A stretch of DNA of 45,926 nt from assembly GCA_964625755.1 (NCBI GenBank), contig CAZVBR010000001.1, positions 1 to 45,926 of the forward strand. The letters are read 5' to 3'. This DNA is from an uncultured Candidatus Saccharibacteria bacterium (GTDB taxonomy: Bacteria; Patescibacteriota; Minisyncoccia; Phycocordibacterales; XYD1-FULL-46-19). Positions 45,827 through 45,926 of the stretch are shown here, piece by piece (within the stretch, counting starts at the first letter, position 1; each line of letters opens with the position of its first letter). Position numbers and translations under genes: made by a program. The notes under the pieces were generated by a model. It was not told the DNA's origin. It searched no databases and was given only the letters and a program-made list of their open reading frames with translations.

Positions 45827-45858
45827 AAAGGCAGATCTTGACTAAGATCATCAGGGTT

Positions 45859-45887
45859 ATTTTATAAAGTTTGGTTTTTAGCGTCAA
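45859..45887 (-). promoter_or_regulatory. sigma70-like promoter TTGACG-N17-TAAAAT (minus strand) upstream of the rhodanese gene
   Basis: The plus strand reads atttta at 45859-45864 and cgtcaa at 45882-45887, with a 17-nt spacer and a 32-nt leader. Confidence 0.4.
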
Positions 45888-45926
45888 GCTGGAAAAGCGT
45901 TTTTCGTGACGGGATCGCGTTTTTGT

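Noticed and set aside
1-45926. Alternative genetic code (UGA recoding, as in some candidate phyla)
   Set aside because: TGA terminates well-conserved full-length genes at the expected positions (for example uvrA at 4906-4908 and the actin-fold gene at 31489-31491). No conserved gene in this window shows an in-frame TGA.
1-45926. CRISPR arrays, rRNA genes, toxin-antitoxin pairs and known defence systems
   Set aside because: Reading both strands, I saw no regularly spaced direct repeats, no rRNA-like conserved stretches and no recognisable cas, RM, Abi or TA gene signatures. Small adjacent ORF pairs typical of TA modules are absent.

Overview
Gene-dense bacterial chromosome segment, about 90% coding and roughly 43% GC by eye. 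It uses the standard genetic code; TGA ends uvrA and other genes. Several proteins are unusually compact (UvrC, AlaRS, L13, MgtE-like). Together with a sigma-region-4/HARE-HTH protein and several lineage-specific membrane hypotheticals, this suggests a small-genome Patescibacteria/CPR-type organism (inference only). Layout: (1) 1-9.1 kb holds contiguous uvrB-uvrA-uvrC, a histidine kinase plus receiver-only regulator, and ddl. (2) 9.1-17.1 kb is a mixed-orientation patch with four CCA-encoding tRNAs (Pro-CGG, Ala-UGC, Ala-CGC, Ala-GGC). It also carries MgtE-like, SNF-family and CaCA transporters, a DsbA-like protein, a MazG-like protein, and a Nudix + QNG1/DUF2419 operon. (3) 17.1-45.3 kb is a long plus-strand run: YkuD transpeptidase, ychF, leuS, an HTH protein, an orphan membrane protein, mltG, an exonuclease, mnmA and alaS. 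It continues with two hypotheticals (actin-fold-like plus bitopic membrane protein), infA-rpmJ-rpsM-rpsK-rpsD-rpoA-rplQ-rplM-rpsI and grpE-dnaK-dnaJ. It ends with a PlsC-like acyltransferase, a GNAT N-acyl-synthase-like protein, a second kinase and an epimerase, followed by a convergent rhodanese gene. I saw no rRNA, CRISPR array, transposase, integrase or recognisable defence genes. The most unusual observation is a 1091-aa LeuRS carrying an in-frame alpha/beta serine-hydrolase domain with a complete Ser-Asp-His triad, inserted just before the CP1 editing domain. The same protein has a second ~130-aa insertion of unknown fold. Other leads are a recurrent extended -10 motif (TGnTAtAaT) 6-8 nt upstream of operon-first start codons, which suggests leaderless mRNAs, and an actin-fold pseudo-ATPase plus bitopic protein pair. 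There is also an OlsA/OlsB-like acyltransferase pair, a queuosine-salvage/Nudix/MazG cluster, and a minimal AlaRS alongside three tRNA-Ala isoacceptors. All coordinates for non-ORF features were indexed by hand, and all family assignments rest on motif recognition, not searches.
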